Of a stretch of 64,000 nucleotides of DNA, positions 1-9,177 are shown one piece after another; within the stretch, counting starts at the first letter, position 1, and each line of letters opens with the position of its first letter. Source of the stretch: an uncultured bacterium (GTDB lineage Bacteria; Verrucomicrobiota; Verrucomicrobiia; Verrucomicrobiales; DEV007); contig CAXBMO010000005.1 of NCBI GenBank assembly GCA_963977015.1, positions 1-64,000 of the forward strand, in the 5' to 3' direction. Both the position numbers and the translations under genes were made by a program. A model generated the notes under the pieces. The model saw only the letters and a list, made by a program, of their open reading frames with translations, did no database searches and was not told the DNA's origin.

Positions 1-456
1 GCCTCAAAGTACAACCTCCATTCTCAACTTTGGAGGGTTTTCAAACACTCCCTAGTTCAGATTTCGGATTCGGATGTTGATCTTGTTAATTCTCTGCAGG
101 TTCAATCAGCAGACAAGGTGGTTATCTTCGATCCGGTTGCCGAGGCTTCTGAGATTGATTCGCTCTTTGACCGGTTTGGTCGTCTACGCGCTTCGATAGA
201 CGATCACCTAAAGGAAATTGCACTGAACTCAGAAGAAACCCTCCTGTGTTTTCTCAATTCAAATGTATCGTTGCCAACGTCTTGGAAGTTCTGTGGATTG
301 ATTCGTGATCCGAAAATTGGTGAACAAATGAGGAGAGATCCTACATGGACAGAGTATGCAAATATCGTAGCGACCGAATTTGAAGCGAATGCCGACGGCC
401 TAAATGAAGTTCTGAGAAGGGCCGAAAGCCGCTTTTCAGATGGATTATCCCACTAA
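1..456 (+). CDS. Hypothetical protein, 5'-truncated by the window edge
   Basis: Frame 1 is open from base 1 to TAA at 454-456. GC is low (27/60 at 1-60 and 25/60 at 241-300). No recognisable motif. Confidence 0.65.
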   Translation, partial: ASKYNLHSQLWRVFKHSLVQISDSDVDLVNSLQVQSADKVVIFDPVAEASEIDSLFDRFGRLRASIDDHLKEIALNSEETLLCFLNSNVSLPTSWKFCGLIRDPKIGEQMRRDPTWTEYANIVATEFEANADGLNEVLRRAESRFSDGLSH

Positions 457-524
457 GCAGTCCACTGCTCCGCGCCATGGCACGGGGCGCGCGCTAATCT
501 TTCGCCATCTTCAGCCCAACCAGT

Positions 525-3500
525 TTACTTCAAGGTCGAGATGTATTCCAACAGGTCAGCCATGGTTTGCTCGGGCAAATCCTTGTACATCGCGAGCATA
601 AAGGATTTTCCTGCCACACCGGCCTCACGCAGGACGTCGCGACGGGGAATGAAGACCTGCTGGTTCCCCATCGTTGCGAGGGTAACGCCATGCTCATTGC
701 TTGAGGAGAGATACCCTTCTTCCATGGGTCCATCCCTGCGGATCACGCGATACAATTCGTAGCCACCTTCAACGGCCGCATCAGGGATCATGATCGCAGT
801 GAGGAGAGCATGTGTTTCCCGAGCAGCCGAACCGTCCAAGGCCGGGGCGATCGAGTGGCCCTGATCTCCGACCGCGTGGCATGCCAGGCACCCCTGAAAG
901 AGTCCCTGCCCGACGATCGGATTGCCTTCCAACCCCGCGATTGCTTCGGCGTAGCGTTCCACCTTTTCGGTCAGCATCGAATTCTCCTGCGCTTTCTTTT
1001 TGGCCCAGGTTTTCATCAACTTGATGGCGGTGGGATTGCGCCGCAATGCGTCGGACATCCTGGTTGCAGCAAGGTAGTTGAAGTCACTTTCCGCAATGAC
1101 TTTTTTCCCAACAAGCTGTGCCAACGTTTGAGCTCCCTGGGTGGACATGGATAGACGGTTGACGGCCGCCGATCGCTCTCCGCCCTCAAGTCCGCTTAGC
1201 AATGGGGAAATGATTCCCGTTCCGGCTTTGGGATTGGCACGGTTGTAGGCATCAACCGCCTCGAGCCTTGCCGCGAACGAAAGCGTATCATCACTGGCCA
1301 ACGTCTTCAGGTGGCTCATGTTCCGGCCCGGATTCAGCATCAGAATGGGCAACACTATCCGAAGAGTCGCGGCCGACTTGTCTTGGCTGATGAACTCCAG
1401 CGCATGAGTTCTCAACTCCTCGGCTTTCAGCAACCGACCAGCTTGATAGAGCTTCGTTCGATCCGTCTCCGGGTCGTTCGCCAGGGCACTCAGGATGGGA
1501 CCATACAACTGCTTATATTGCAGACTATCCATCCGGTCTTGCGTCCCCAGGAGGAGGTCCAACATCGCCTTGTAATTCTCCGGGTCGGAAAACGCGGGGG
1601 CGACCAGCGACTGAATCGTGGGATTCTTGATGACCGTTGCCAGGGAAACGAACAACTCGTCGGGGATTCCGCCACCATCTTGCACGGACCAGATTTTCGG
1701 GAACAGCTCCACAAACGATTCTTCGCCGAGGGATTGCAACGCCCACAGGACGTTCGAGGCAGGGTAATCGCTCAGCTCAGCTGAGTTGAGGAAGGCTTCG
1801 ACCTCATCGCTGTATTTCTCCATGGCCACCCGAGCCAGGAAGCGCTCAAAATCGCGCTCGTAGACACCACCCATTTCATTTTTCCCGGTCAAGGGCGGCT
1901 TTGAGGCGGTGATGAGGAGCTTGATCGTCGATGAATCTGCCTTGCCCACCTCTGCCAGGGTTCGGAGGACTTGAGAACGCACGGTGCAGTGCTCGTCTTC
2001 GATCAAGGATCCCAACAGGGCGGTTACCTGGGCGGCAGCCAGGTCAAAACTGGCCAGGGAACGAATGATTTCCCTTCGGATATTGTGGTCCTCATCCTGG
2101 AGTAGGTTCCGGACAAAGCTTTCATCAAACTCACCAAGACTCTCATAGGCCCAGATGGCATGGATGCGTGAACTGAGCGAATCCGCCTTAAGCGCGATGT
2201 CCTTGATTTCCGGGAGGAGGACGGTCGCTTGACGATCCGCAATCTGATGCCAGGCCGCTCTCTTCTCCCAGCGGCTTGGTCCGGTCAGGGATTGGGCAAG
2301 GTCCTCGTCTTTGGCCTCGATCAAATTCGGGATCTCGCCGGGCTTCTGACTGACATGGCGCACTCTCCAGATCCGACCGTGCGTTTTGTCACGGGAAGGA
2401 TCCGTTCGGGGAATCTCATTGTGGGAAACCACCTTGTTGTACCAATCGGCAATGTAGAGGCAGCCATCCGGACCGAATTCCAGGTTGACGGGGCGAAACC
2501 AGTCGTCCTCACATTTCAGCAAATCCTCCAAATGGGTCGCAATGACTGCGCCCGATGCATCACGATCGACTTTCACGCGGTTGATCGTGTTCGTAATCGG
2601 GTTGGCGAGCAGGGCGACTTCCTTCCACTCGTCAGGGAAGCCTCCGGCGTCATCCTCACTGAACTCCAAACCGGAAAGGCCCGTCCCGCCAACGCGGAAG
2701 CTGTGGAGCTGCGGCATCATCGGCTGATAGGCCCGGAGTTTGTCGTTCCCAATCCCCAGATACCCCGTCATCGCCTCCATGGGCACGATGGACATGCCCT
2801 TGTCATTGGCCTCGGAACCCCACCACTGCCCGTTGGCACGGAGTTGGTAACCCCAGATATTGTTCAACCCGCTGGCGACTAACTCGAGCCTGCGTCCGTC
2901 GAGGGAAAAGCGAGCGATCTTGCAATAATTGATCTGCTGTTTCGCTCCGGAGGCGACCGCGGTAACCTCCCCCAGGTTCATCGCCCCGTGGGAAAAATTG
3001 ATCCACCCTCCCGGCGCGCGAGTGAGCAGATGAGACATGGTGTGGGAATCGATAAAACTGAAACCCGTCAGGACCGTGGTGGGCTTTTCGTAAATCCCAT
3101 CGCCATCCTCATCGGAGAGGTAGAGCATTTCCGAACCGTGGGCGACGTAGACTCCATTCTTGTAGGGGAGAATGCTCTGCGGCATGGTCAGGCCGCGGGC
3201 CACCTGTCTCACCTGTCCCTCGACGGGTTTGGTGGGATCGTCGATCACCACGATGCGATCCGTTCCCTGATCCTTCAGCTGATAGAGCCGCTTGATGCGG
3301 ACCATCTCCGGATGCTGATGGATCTTGGAATTGGGATCCGCCACTTGACCCCGAATGTGGCGGTTGTGCTCATCTCCCATCGGATCGAGGGGATACATCT
3401 CCGCGGTTTGCGTCCAGAGACGCCCGGCATCATCAAACGTCAGATCGATCGGGTTGATAATTCCGTTCTTTTCCGAGGCGACCAGTTCGATGACAAACCC

Positions 3501-3665
3501 ATCGGCCAGCTGGAACATTTTGAGCTGCTCCTCCGGGGAGAGCGCCTCCGTCCGGTTGGACTTCGTGATCTTGATGACGTCTGCATCCCGCTTGTAGGCG
3601 TGGCTTGAAGCGATCAATCCTGCAATCAGGGTCGCGATGATCGAGAGTTTATTGATCTTCGTCAT
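525..3665 (-). CDS. PVC-type heme-binding CxxCH protein (dehydrogenase-like beta-propeller, HEAT repeats, cytochrome c domain)
   Basis: Signal peptide; FRPVNLEFGPDGCLYIADWYN and HGRIWRV propeller motifs; HEAT-like helices; C-terminal GCLACH with a distal Met (SFM). Confidence 0.9.
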   Translation of the reverse strand: MTKINKLSIIATLIAGLIASSHAYKRDADVIKITKSNRTEALSPEEQLKMFQLADGFVIELVASEKNGIINPIDLTFDDAGRLWTQTAEMYPLDPMGDEHNRHIRGQVADPNSKIHQHPEMVRIKRLYQLKDQGTDRIVVIDDPTKPVEGQVRQVARGLTMPQSILPYKNGVYVAHGSEMLYLSDEDGDGIYEKPTTVLTGFSFIDSHTMSHLLTRAPGGWINFSHGAMNLGEVTAVASGAKQQINYCKIARFSLDGRRLELVASGLNNIWGYQLRANGQWWGSEANDKGMSIVPMEAMTGYLGIGNDKLRAYQPMMPQLHSFRVGGTGLSGLEFSEDDAGGFPDEWKEVALLANPITNTINRVKVDRDASGAVIATHLEDLLKCEDDWFRPVNLEFGPDGCLYIADWYNKVVSHNEIPRTDPSRDKTHGRIWRVRHVSQKPGEIPNLIEAKDEDLAQSLTGPSRWEKRAAWHQIADRQATVLLPEIKDIALKADSLSSRIHAIWAYESLGEFDESFVRNLLQDEDHNIRREIIRSLASFDLAAAQVTALLGSLIEDEHCTVRSQVLRTLAEVGKADSSTIKLLITASKPPLTGKNEMGGVYERDFERFLARVAMEKYSDEVEAFLNSAELSDYPASNVLWALQSLGEESFVELFPKIWSVQDGGGIPDELFVSLATVIKNPTIQSLVAPAFSDPENYKAMLDLLLGTQDRMDSLQYKQLYGPILSALANDPETDRTKLYQAGRLLKAEELRTHALEFISQDKSAATLRIVLPILMLNPGRNMSHLKTLASDDTLSFAARLEAVDAYNRANPKAGTGIISPLLSGLEGGERSAAVNRLSMSTQGAQTLAQLVGKKVIAESDFNYLAATRMSDALRRNPTAIKLMKTWAKKKAQENSMLTEKVERYAEAIAGLEGNPIVGQGLFQGCLACHAVGDQGHSIAPALDGSAARETHALLTAIMIPDAAVEGGYELYRVIRRDGPMEEGYLSSSNEHGVTLATMGNQQVFIPRRDVLREAGVAGKSFMLAMYKDLPEQTMADLLEYISTLK

Positions 3666-3705
3666 AGTGGTTCGGTCTCGGGAGCGAATGATCTCGGAGA
3701 AGCGA

Positions 3706-4479
3706 TTAAATCTTGGAATCTGTGGGTTTGGACGCTTTCGCCTTCGCTTTTCCTTTTTTCTTTCGCGGAGGCGTTACCTTTTTGAGGGCGGCCTCGATTC
3801 CGCCGAGCGATTCCCAAGTCGGGGCATCCGGCGTCGGGGGCAGTTCGCGGATCATCACGTCCTTGAATTGAACCATGACATGGCCGCCCTTGTGAATCTG
3901 CGGGGCAATCACGCCTTCCAGCGGGATTGCCGGATTTTCCTCCAGGTAGTCGGTGGCTTTGATCCCGTTGATCCAAACCTGAATCCTCGGCCCGTCGGCG
4001 AGGATCCGGTATTCGTTCCAGCCGAACGTGTCGACGCCCTCCAGAAGCTTCTCCTCATTGAGCGGAGTTGGGTAAATGAGCCGGCGTCGATGCTCGTCAA
4101 AGATCTTGCCGAACCACCCTTTGCCGCAATCGATCTGGTAACCGGCCACCCCGCCGTCGGGCAACCGGGCGCTGCGGACCTGGATCCCGCTGTTGACCTG
4201 CCCCGTCGCCAAATCCCCCGAGCATTTGATCTTCAAGGTCAGGTCGAAATTCGCGTAACTCTTCTCCGTGCTGATGAATTCGTTTCTCGGGAAGTTCTTC
4301 TCGTGAGAACCTGCGGTAATCGCCCCGTCCTCCACCCGCCAGACTCCCTTCGTGGATACCCAGCCGTCGAGCGTTTCGCCGTCGAACAAAGGCGTGGAGT
4401 CGGAGCCCGCTTCTTGGGCCAGTAAAAAGGCGGGGCAGACAAGCGCCAGGACGGCGATTGAGAAAACGGGGTTCTTCAT
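3706..4479 (-). CDS. DUF1080 / 3-keto-disaccharide hydrolase family protein, secreted
   Basis: PLFDGETLDGW, NSGIQVRS, GYQID, WNEYRI and VQFKDVMIREL motifs; signal peptide from ATG 4479. Confidence 0.9.
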   Translation of the reverse strand: MKNPVFSIAVLALVCPAFLLAQEAGSDSTPLFDGETLDGWVSTKGVWRVEDGAITAGSHEKNFPRNEFISTEKSYANFDLTLKIKCSGDLATGQVNSGIQVRSARLPDGGVAGYQIDCGKGWFGKIFDEHRRRLIYPTPLNEEKLLEGVDTFGWNEYRILADGPRIQVWINGIKATDYLEENPAIPLEGVIAPQIHKGGHVMVQFKDVMIRELPPTPDAPTWESLGGIEAALKKVTPPRKKKGKAKAKASKPTDSKI

Positions 4480-4588
4480 GGGAAGCAGGTTGTTCTTGAG
4501 AGACATCACGCGCCATGGTTGAGATCCACAACTAGATTTCATGGACCGGAAACCATGGTCCTCGCGAGGAAATGCGCGGGCAGGGTTC

Positions 4589-5332
4589 TCATTCGAATTC
4601 GCTCAAATCCAGCCCCTCCAAGTCCTTTCCCTCGGCCAGCGCATCCTCGATCATCTTCATCATCTGTTCCTCCTGAATCAGCTGCCGCTCAATCTCGTTG
4701 CCGGTCGACATCGACAAGCGGTAGCTGTAACTCTTCTCGGAATCCAGTTCGTCGATCTCCACGATGGTGACTTCTTCCGGAAACGGGACCACCCGCGAAC
4801 CAGAAGCGGCACCTCGCAGCTTGTCGATCTGGCAGAGTTTCAGCCATTCCTTGAACGCGCTCTCCTTTTGATTTCTCAAGAGGATCTCCAGCACGAAACG
4901 CTCGTCGATCATCACCTCGAGTTGCCCAACGGGGCCGGAAACGGAGCGGTAAGCCGGCATTCCATCGATGCTCAGCCCCTCAACCCCATCCTCGACTTCG
5001 CCCGGCTGAAAATCTTTGAAGATCTCGAGCGAGGAACCCTTTTTAGCGGTGTCCACGATGCTGATCCGGGTCAGGGCAGGCTTTGCTCCTTTCTCTTGAT
5101 CTTCCGGTGGCGGTGGCAGCTCGAAGATCCGTTCGGCTTGTGATTGAAGCCACTCGTCCACTCCGTTCGAGGCGGTGGACCTCTTGAGCGTCCACCCTTC
5201 CCGTGACCTGGGCAGCACGGCCAGCAGTTGTTGGGGCCGAAGCGGGAGCAGGCCCCGCTCGCCAGGCTGCGGCTCCTGCGCCACCGCGATCGCGCAGAAT
5301 GCGAACCAAATGGTCAGAACGAGTGTTTTCAT
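4589..5332 (-). CDS. Secreted hypothetical protein
   Basis: 247-aa ORF with a signal peptide (MKTLVLTIWFAFCAIAVA-Q); ATGA overlap with the upstream gene at 5329-5332. Confidence 0.8.
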   Translation of the reverse strand: MKTLVLTIWFAFCAIAVAQEPQPGERGLLPLRPQQLLAVLPRSREGWTLKRSTASNGVDEWLQSQAERIFELPPPPEDQEKGAKPALTRISIVDTAKKGSSLEIFKDFQPGEVEDGVEGLSIDGMPAYRSVSGPVGQLEVMIDERFVLEILLRNQKESAFKEWLKLCQIDKLRGAASGSRVVPFPEEVTIVEIDELDSEKSYSYRLSMSTGNEIERQLIQEEQMMKMIEDALAEGKDLEGLDLSEFE

Positions 5333-8300
5333 GAGTCGAGATATTTGAAGTAAACCACCCGGTATTTGATGACCGGCTGGGGGGGATTGTAAGCATCAAT
5401 GAGATCCGATTTCGTCCACTTGACCTTGCCGATAGCGCGCGCGGTGTACGGATCCATCCCAACTTCCTCCGGGCCGTCATATTCCGGATGAGTGCCCGCG
5501 TGATTCAGTCTCAGCCGCTGTCCGCTTGCCGGGGGAAGCTGCGGCGGTGAGCCCGGCAGATCAAAGAGACGATCGACAACGTTGGTAGTGCCGTCTTTTT
5601 GCTCCTCCTTTCGCGGAATCTTTCCATTGGGCCGGGCGATCCGATCCCAGGTCCCGACCGGTGAAACATGACCGTTGCCGGGAACGCCGTCCTTGCCCGG
5701 CCAGATGTAACGCTCGATAATCGCGAAAAACCGCTTTTCCGCACGAACGCTGTCCCCGGACTCCATTTCCCCGTAGGAAGCGCCAGCTCCGGGCTGACGC
5801 TGTTTCGTTACCACTTGGGCGACGCCCCAGAGGCTGAAGGTGTTCGACTTGGTGGTAAGGCATCCGGCCATGTTCCGAAGGATCTCCTCCTTTTCAAACT
5901 GGGTCGGTTCGTCGTCCCCGTCGTTGTTCTGATAACCTTCCGTGCGTTCATAACCGTCCACCTCAGCCAGTTCCCCGATGTAGCGGAAGCATCGGTCGTC
6001 GGTCTGGAAATCGACGATGTTGTCGACCAGCTCGTCCACTTCTTCATCCGGGCGCAGGTGTTTGAAGACGGCTTCGAGTGGTTTCTTGCGCTCGGGCGCC
6101 TCAAACCAGGGACTTTGCGGATAGACGCGGGTGTTCAGATTGATTTGGCCAGCAGTGCTGTTCATAAAAGACACCGTGGAAAATTGGTCCGGCAAGGTGG
6201 CCTCGATTTTCCATTGGTCGTGTTGCATGGGATAGGTCGCGCCGAGCAGATCGAGCAACAAGGCATCCGGAGGGTCGCCGTCCTGGGTGGAGGAGGGACC
6301 GAGATTGAGAGTCCGCCACGGCTCGTTCGACTGAATGCCGGTGTGAAGCATCGACCAAAATCCGATCGACGAAACCGCGCTGCGCGAGTTGAACTCATCC
6401 GGCTTGTTCAGGGGAAAACGACGTTTCTTGTGCGCGACGGATCTGATGGAGCCCCCGCCGCGCGAGATGTAGCGAAACTTGCTCTTCTCCGTGGACTCTT
6501 CCGGCGGTTCATCCGGGTTGATCTTTCCAGGGGTGCCCTTGTCGTCTTCTTTGCGGACCCAGGCGTCCTTCAACCCGCTGAGCCGGGGGTCCACGATGGA
6601 AAAGGTCACGAATTGCTCGCGGTCGCCGAACATGCTCAGTTCGACTTTGCCATCCAGAACATGCTCGTCCTGGTCGGTATCCCCCATTGGAATCATCTGT
6701 CGCGGGCGCCGTGGATCCGGACGAATGCTCATTCCCAGGCGGATCTTGAAATTCAACGTCAAGTCTTCGCTACTGAGATCAAAGATGCGGCCTTGAGCGG
6801 CCTCGGTCGGCACCACGCCATCACGCTTCCCAATAAACCGGGCAGGCGAACCGACCAGGATCCGATTTCGTGGGACCGCGTCCGGATTGCCGAGAAAGGC
6901 ATTCGACGGGCGGATCACCGTTCCGGCACCGGCGGTGGCCCGCAGTCGCCCCAGACTATTCTGGTGGTCCCAGTTCCGGTCGGGATCGCGGCTATCGGGA
7001 TCCGTCGGGCCAAGCTCCCAGGGTGTGTCCCCCTCGGGTTCAATCCAGAGGTAATCCACTTTCACCGGGAAGTGGTCGAGCCGAATCTCCGGACCAAACG
7101 GGTGCATGTAGAACTCGGATTCGTGCTTGAAATTGACGCGGTATTTGCCGGCCGCCTTGCCTGCCTTCACCAGCTTGAATCTCAGCCTCACTTCAGTGAT
7201 GTGCGGTCCCGGCGTTTGCGGAATCATGAGTTCCTCTTTCCCGTCGGCTTCGACTCGCCAGAAATGCCGCTCCGGGGTGTTGCCCTTTCGTTCATCACTG
7301 GGTGGCGAATAGTTGACGCTCGTCGTCCGCCAGGCCCAGTCGCGGGCACCGGTCGCGGTTTTCGTGTTCGTGTTCATCGTCGTCGTGGCCATGCGCGCCT
7401 GCAGCAGCATGCCAAGCGCAATCTGGTAGCACTCCTTCTCTCCGTATTTATCGACGAAACTCTTGTCGTAGCCCGGCCACGGCCTGCGCAGGTAGGCCAT
7501 CAGCATTTCCAGTTGCGCTTTGTTCACAGTATTGGAGGCATGTATCTGAATCTCCTTACCGGTGTCAGGGTCCTTTTTTCCCTCCGGGTCTTTCATGCTG
7601 TGGGTGAACCCGAGGCTCCCCATCAGCGAGTGCAGGTGCAGCACGCCGTCTTCGGGACGGGCCAAGCCGCTGCCATGAATGAATGGGAGTTGATAGAGCG
7701 GGCCGCCTTCCAGCGAGAGCGGAATGTTGGTGGTGAACAGGCGCGATTTACCAAACACGTTGAACTCCGGGCTCCGGCTATAGAACGTGAGGTTGTATTT
7801 CCGGTGGTGGTACCATTCCACGGGGTCGCCGGTCCGTACGAAATCCATGATTGCCTCTGGGTAACGACTGAAGCCGTTGAGCCAGGCCTGCTCGAGCAGA
7901 CCCGCGACGTCCAACTCCTCGGGACTTTCTGCCAAAACGTCCAGATTGATCGAACGAAGTTTACCAAGAGCCCAATCCCGCCCCATGCTGGCCTGGTTGT
8001 ATTCAATGTGCCCTCCTCCCAGGGTAAAGAGCGGCGGCATCAACCCACTGGCAAGTTGTTCATGAAAGCGCTCGTCATCTTGTTTGCCAATCGCCGTCTT
8101 GCCGCCGGCCACGTTGAAGTTGAGCTTCCCGCTTTCATCGTCCATCCAGAACGCGTAACGGCCCACGATCGGATTCTCCTTCGCTGCCGGCTGCGAGGGG
8201 TCGCGCAGCACATTGTGCCAACGCACCCGCATTTTCGGACGTTCGGTGTCCGGATCAGGCACCCCGCGCTCATCCAACGCCACCGTGATCGGTGGAAATT

Positions 8301-8727
8301 CCTCTCCCGCCATGGGCCGGTTCAGATCGACCGAATCCAGATCCCGTTCCGCTCCGCTGCCCGGTTCCCCGGTGACTGCTCCGGTGTGGAGATCGACGTA
8401 ACGAGGTTCACCGTTTCCCTGGAGAATGGTCAGTCGTCCCGGATTCGTCACCCAAAGTTCGGCATCCGCGTTGCTGGCGTCTTCGCTGAGCCGCGCCGGT
8501 TCCGGAATGTTCGCCCGGAGCAATTCGATGCCGTGGGAAAGTGCGCTTTGCGTAAGCACTTTGGCGCTCTGCGTTTGCTCATACGCTGACGCAGCCCCCA
8601 GCTCAATCCGCATACTCAGCAGATAGGCGATGACGACCATCGCCATCATACCGGCAAGCACCAGGGTCATGATCAACGCAGCGCCACGGGGTTTCGAAAT
8701 CGGAGACTGGAGTTTTGAAATCTTCAT
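5329..8727 (-). CDS. Verru_Chthon cassette protein A-like (PilX/GspK-like large minor pilin)
   Basis: Prepilin-like N-terminus RG|AALIMTLVLAGMMAMVVIAYL; GRYAFWMDDESGKLNFN, STAGQINLN, TTKSNTFSLWG and KYRVV motifs typical of this PVC family. Start set to ATG 8727. Confidence 0.8.
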   Translation of the reverse strand: MKISKLQSPISKPRGAALIMTLVLAGMMAMVVIAYLLSMRIELGAASAYEQTQSAKVLTQSALSHGIELLRANIPEPARLSEDASNADAELWVTNPGRLTILQGNGEPRYVDLHTGAVTGEPGSGAERDLDSVDLNRPMAGEEFPPITVALDERGVPDPDTERPKMRVRWHNVLRDPSQPAAKENPIVGRYAFWMDDESGKLNFNVAGGKTAIGKQDDERFHEQLASGLMPPLFTLGGGHIEYNQASMGRDWALGKLRSINLDVLAESPEELDVAGLLEQAWLNGFSRYPEAIMDFVRTGDPVEWYHHRKYNLTFYSRSPEFNVFGKSRLFTTNIPLSLEGGPLYQLPFIHGSGLARPEDGVLHLHSLMGSLGFTHSMKDPEGKKDPDTGKEIQIHASNTVNKAQLEMLMAYLRRPWPGYDKSFVDKYGEKECYQIALGMLLQARMATTTMNTNTKTATGARDWAWRTTSVNYSPPSDERKGNTPERHFWRVEADGKEELMIPQTPGPHITEVRLRFKLVKAGKAAGKYRVNFKHESEFYMHPFGPEIRLDHFPVKVDYLWIEPEGDTPWELGPTDPDSRDPDRNWDHQNSLGRLRATAGAGTVIRPSNAFLGNPDAVPRNRILVGSPARFIGKRDGVVPTEAAQGRIFDLSSEDLTLNFKIRLGMSIRPDPRRPRQMIPMGDTDQDEHVLDGKVELSMFGDREQFVTFSIVDPRLSGLKDAWVRKEDDKGTPGKINPDEPPEESTEKSKFRYISRGGGSIRSVAHKKRRFPLNKPDEFNSRSAVSSIGFWSMLHTGIQSNEPWRTLNLGPSSTQDGDPPDALLLDLLGATYPMQHDQWKIEATLPDQFSTVSFMNSTAGQINLNTRVYPQSPWFEAPERKKPLEAVFKHLRPDEEVDELVDNIVDFQTDDRCFRYIGELAEVDGYERTEGYQNNDGDDEPTQFEKEEILRNMAGCLTTKSNTFSLWGVAQVVTKQRQPGAGASYGEMESGDSVRAEKRFFAIIERYIWPGKDGVPGNGHVSPVGTWDRIARPNGKIPRKEEQKDGTTNVVDRLFDLPGSPPQLPPASGQRLRLNHAGTHPEYDGPEEVGMDPYTARAIGKVKWTKSDLIDAYNPPQPVIKYRVVYFKYLDS

Positions 8728-9177
8728 CCGAAATTCCGGTTCAAACATTTCACGCAAGTCGAACACGCTTGCGGTTGTTCCATCCTCCCGGCATTCGGAG
8801 AGCGCCGGCTGGGGTTTGGCTGATGACTCTTCAATTCCATATTCGCAACTGGGACCGGGCCTGATTCTGAGAGGTTATTGGATCAGCGGAATTGCACCAA
8901 TGGCGTTCGATGCATCTTTCCGACGCAGAAATCGTCCCGTCATGAATGAATGCTATCAGGAAAAAGCGGATCACTTCCATATCCAGAATCCACATCAGGA
9001 TTCCCTGTGCGAGTCAATACAAAATAAATACACGACTCCCGGAACTGGCTTCCTCGCGTTCCTCCTCGAACAAGAATGGCGGTGCCCTTGCCGGGTTCAG
9101 CAACGACATGATCCTTGCGCGATTCCCAGGCGTTCGTTTCAGACCATCGCGAGGGATTTTTCATGGTCGGAGGAGGT

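Noticed and set aside
5668-8589. 973-aa plus-strand ORF
   Set aside because: Antisense shadow of the cassette A-like gene; no motifs, and typical of GC-rich codon bias.
8770-9177. Riboswitch, sigma54 promoter or pilin remnants upstream of cassette A
   Set aside because: The best GG/GC candidate has 9-nt rather than 10-nt spacing; no riboswitch core or prepilin motif was seen.
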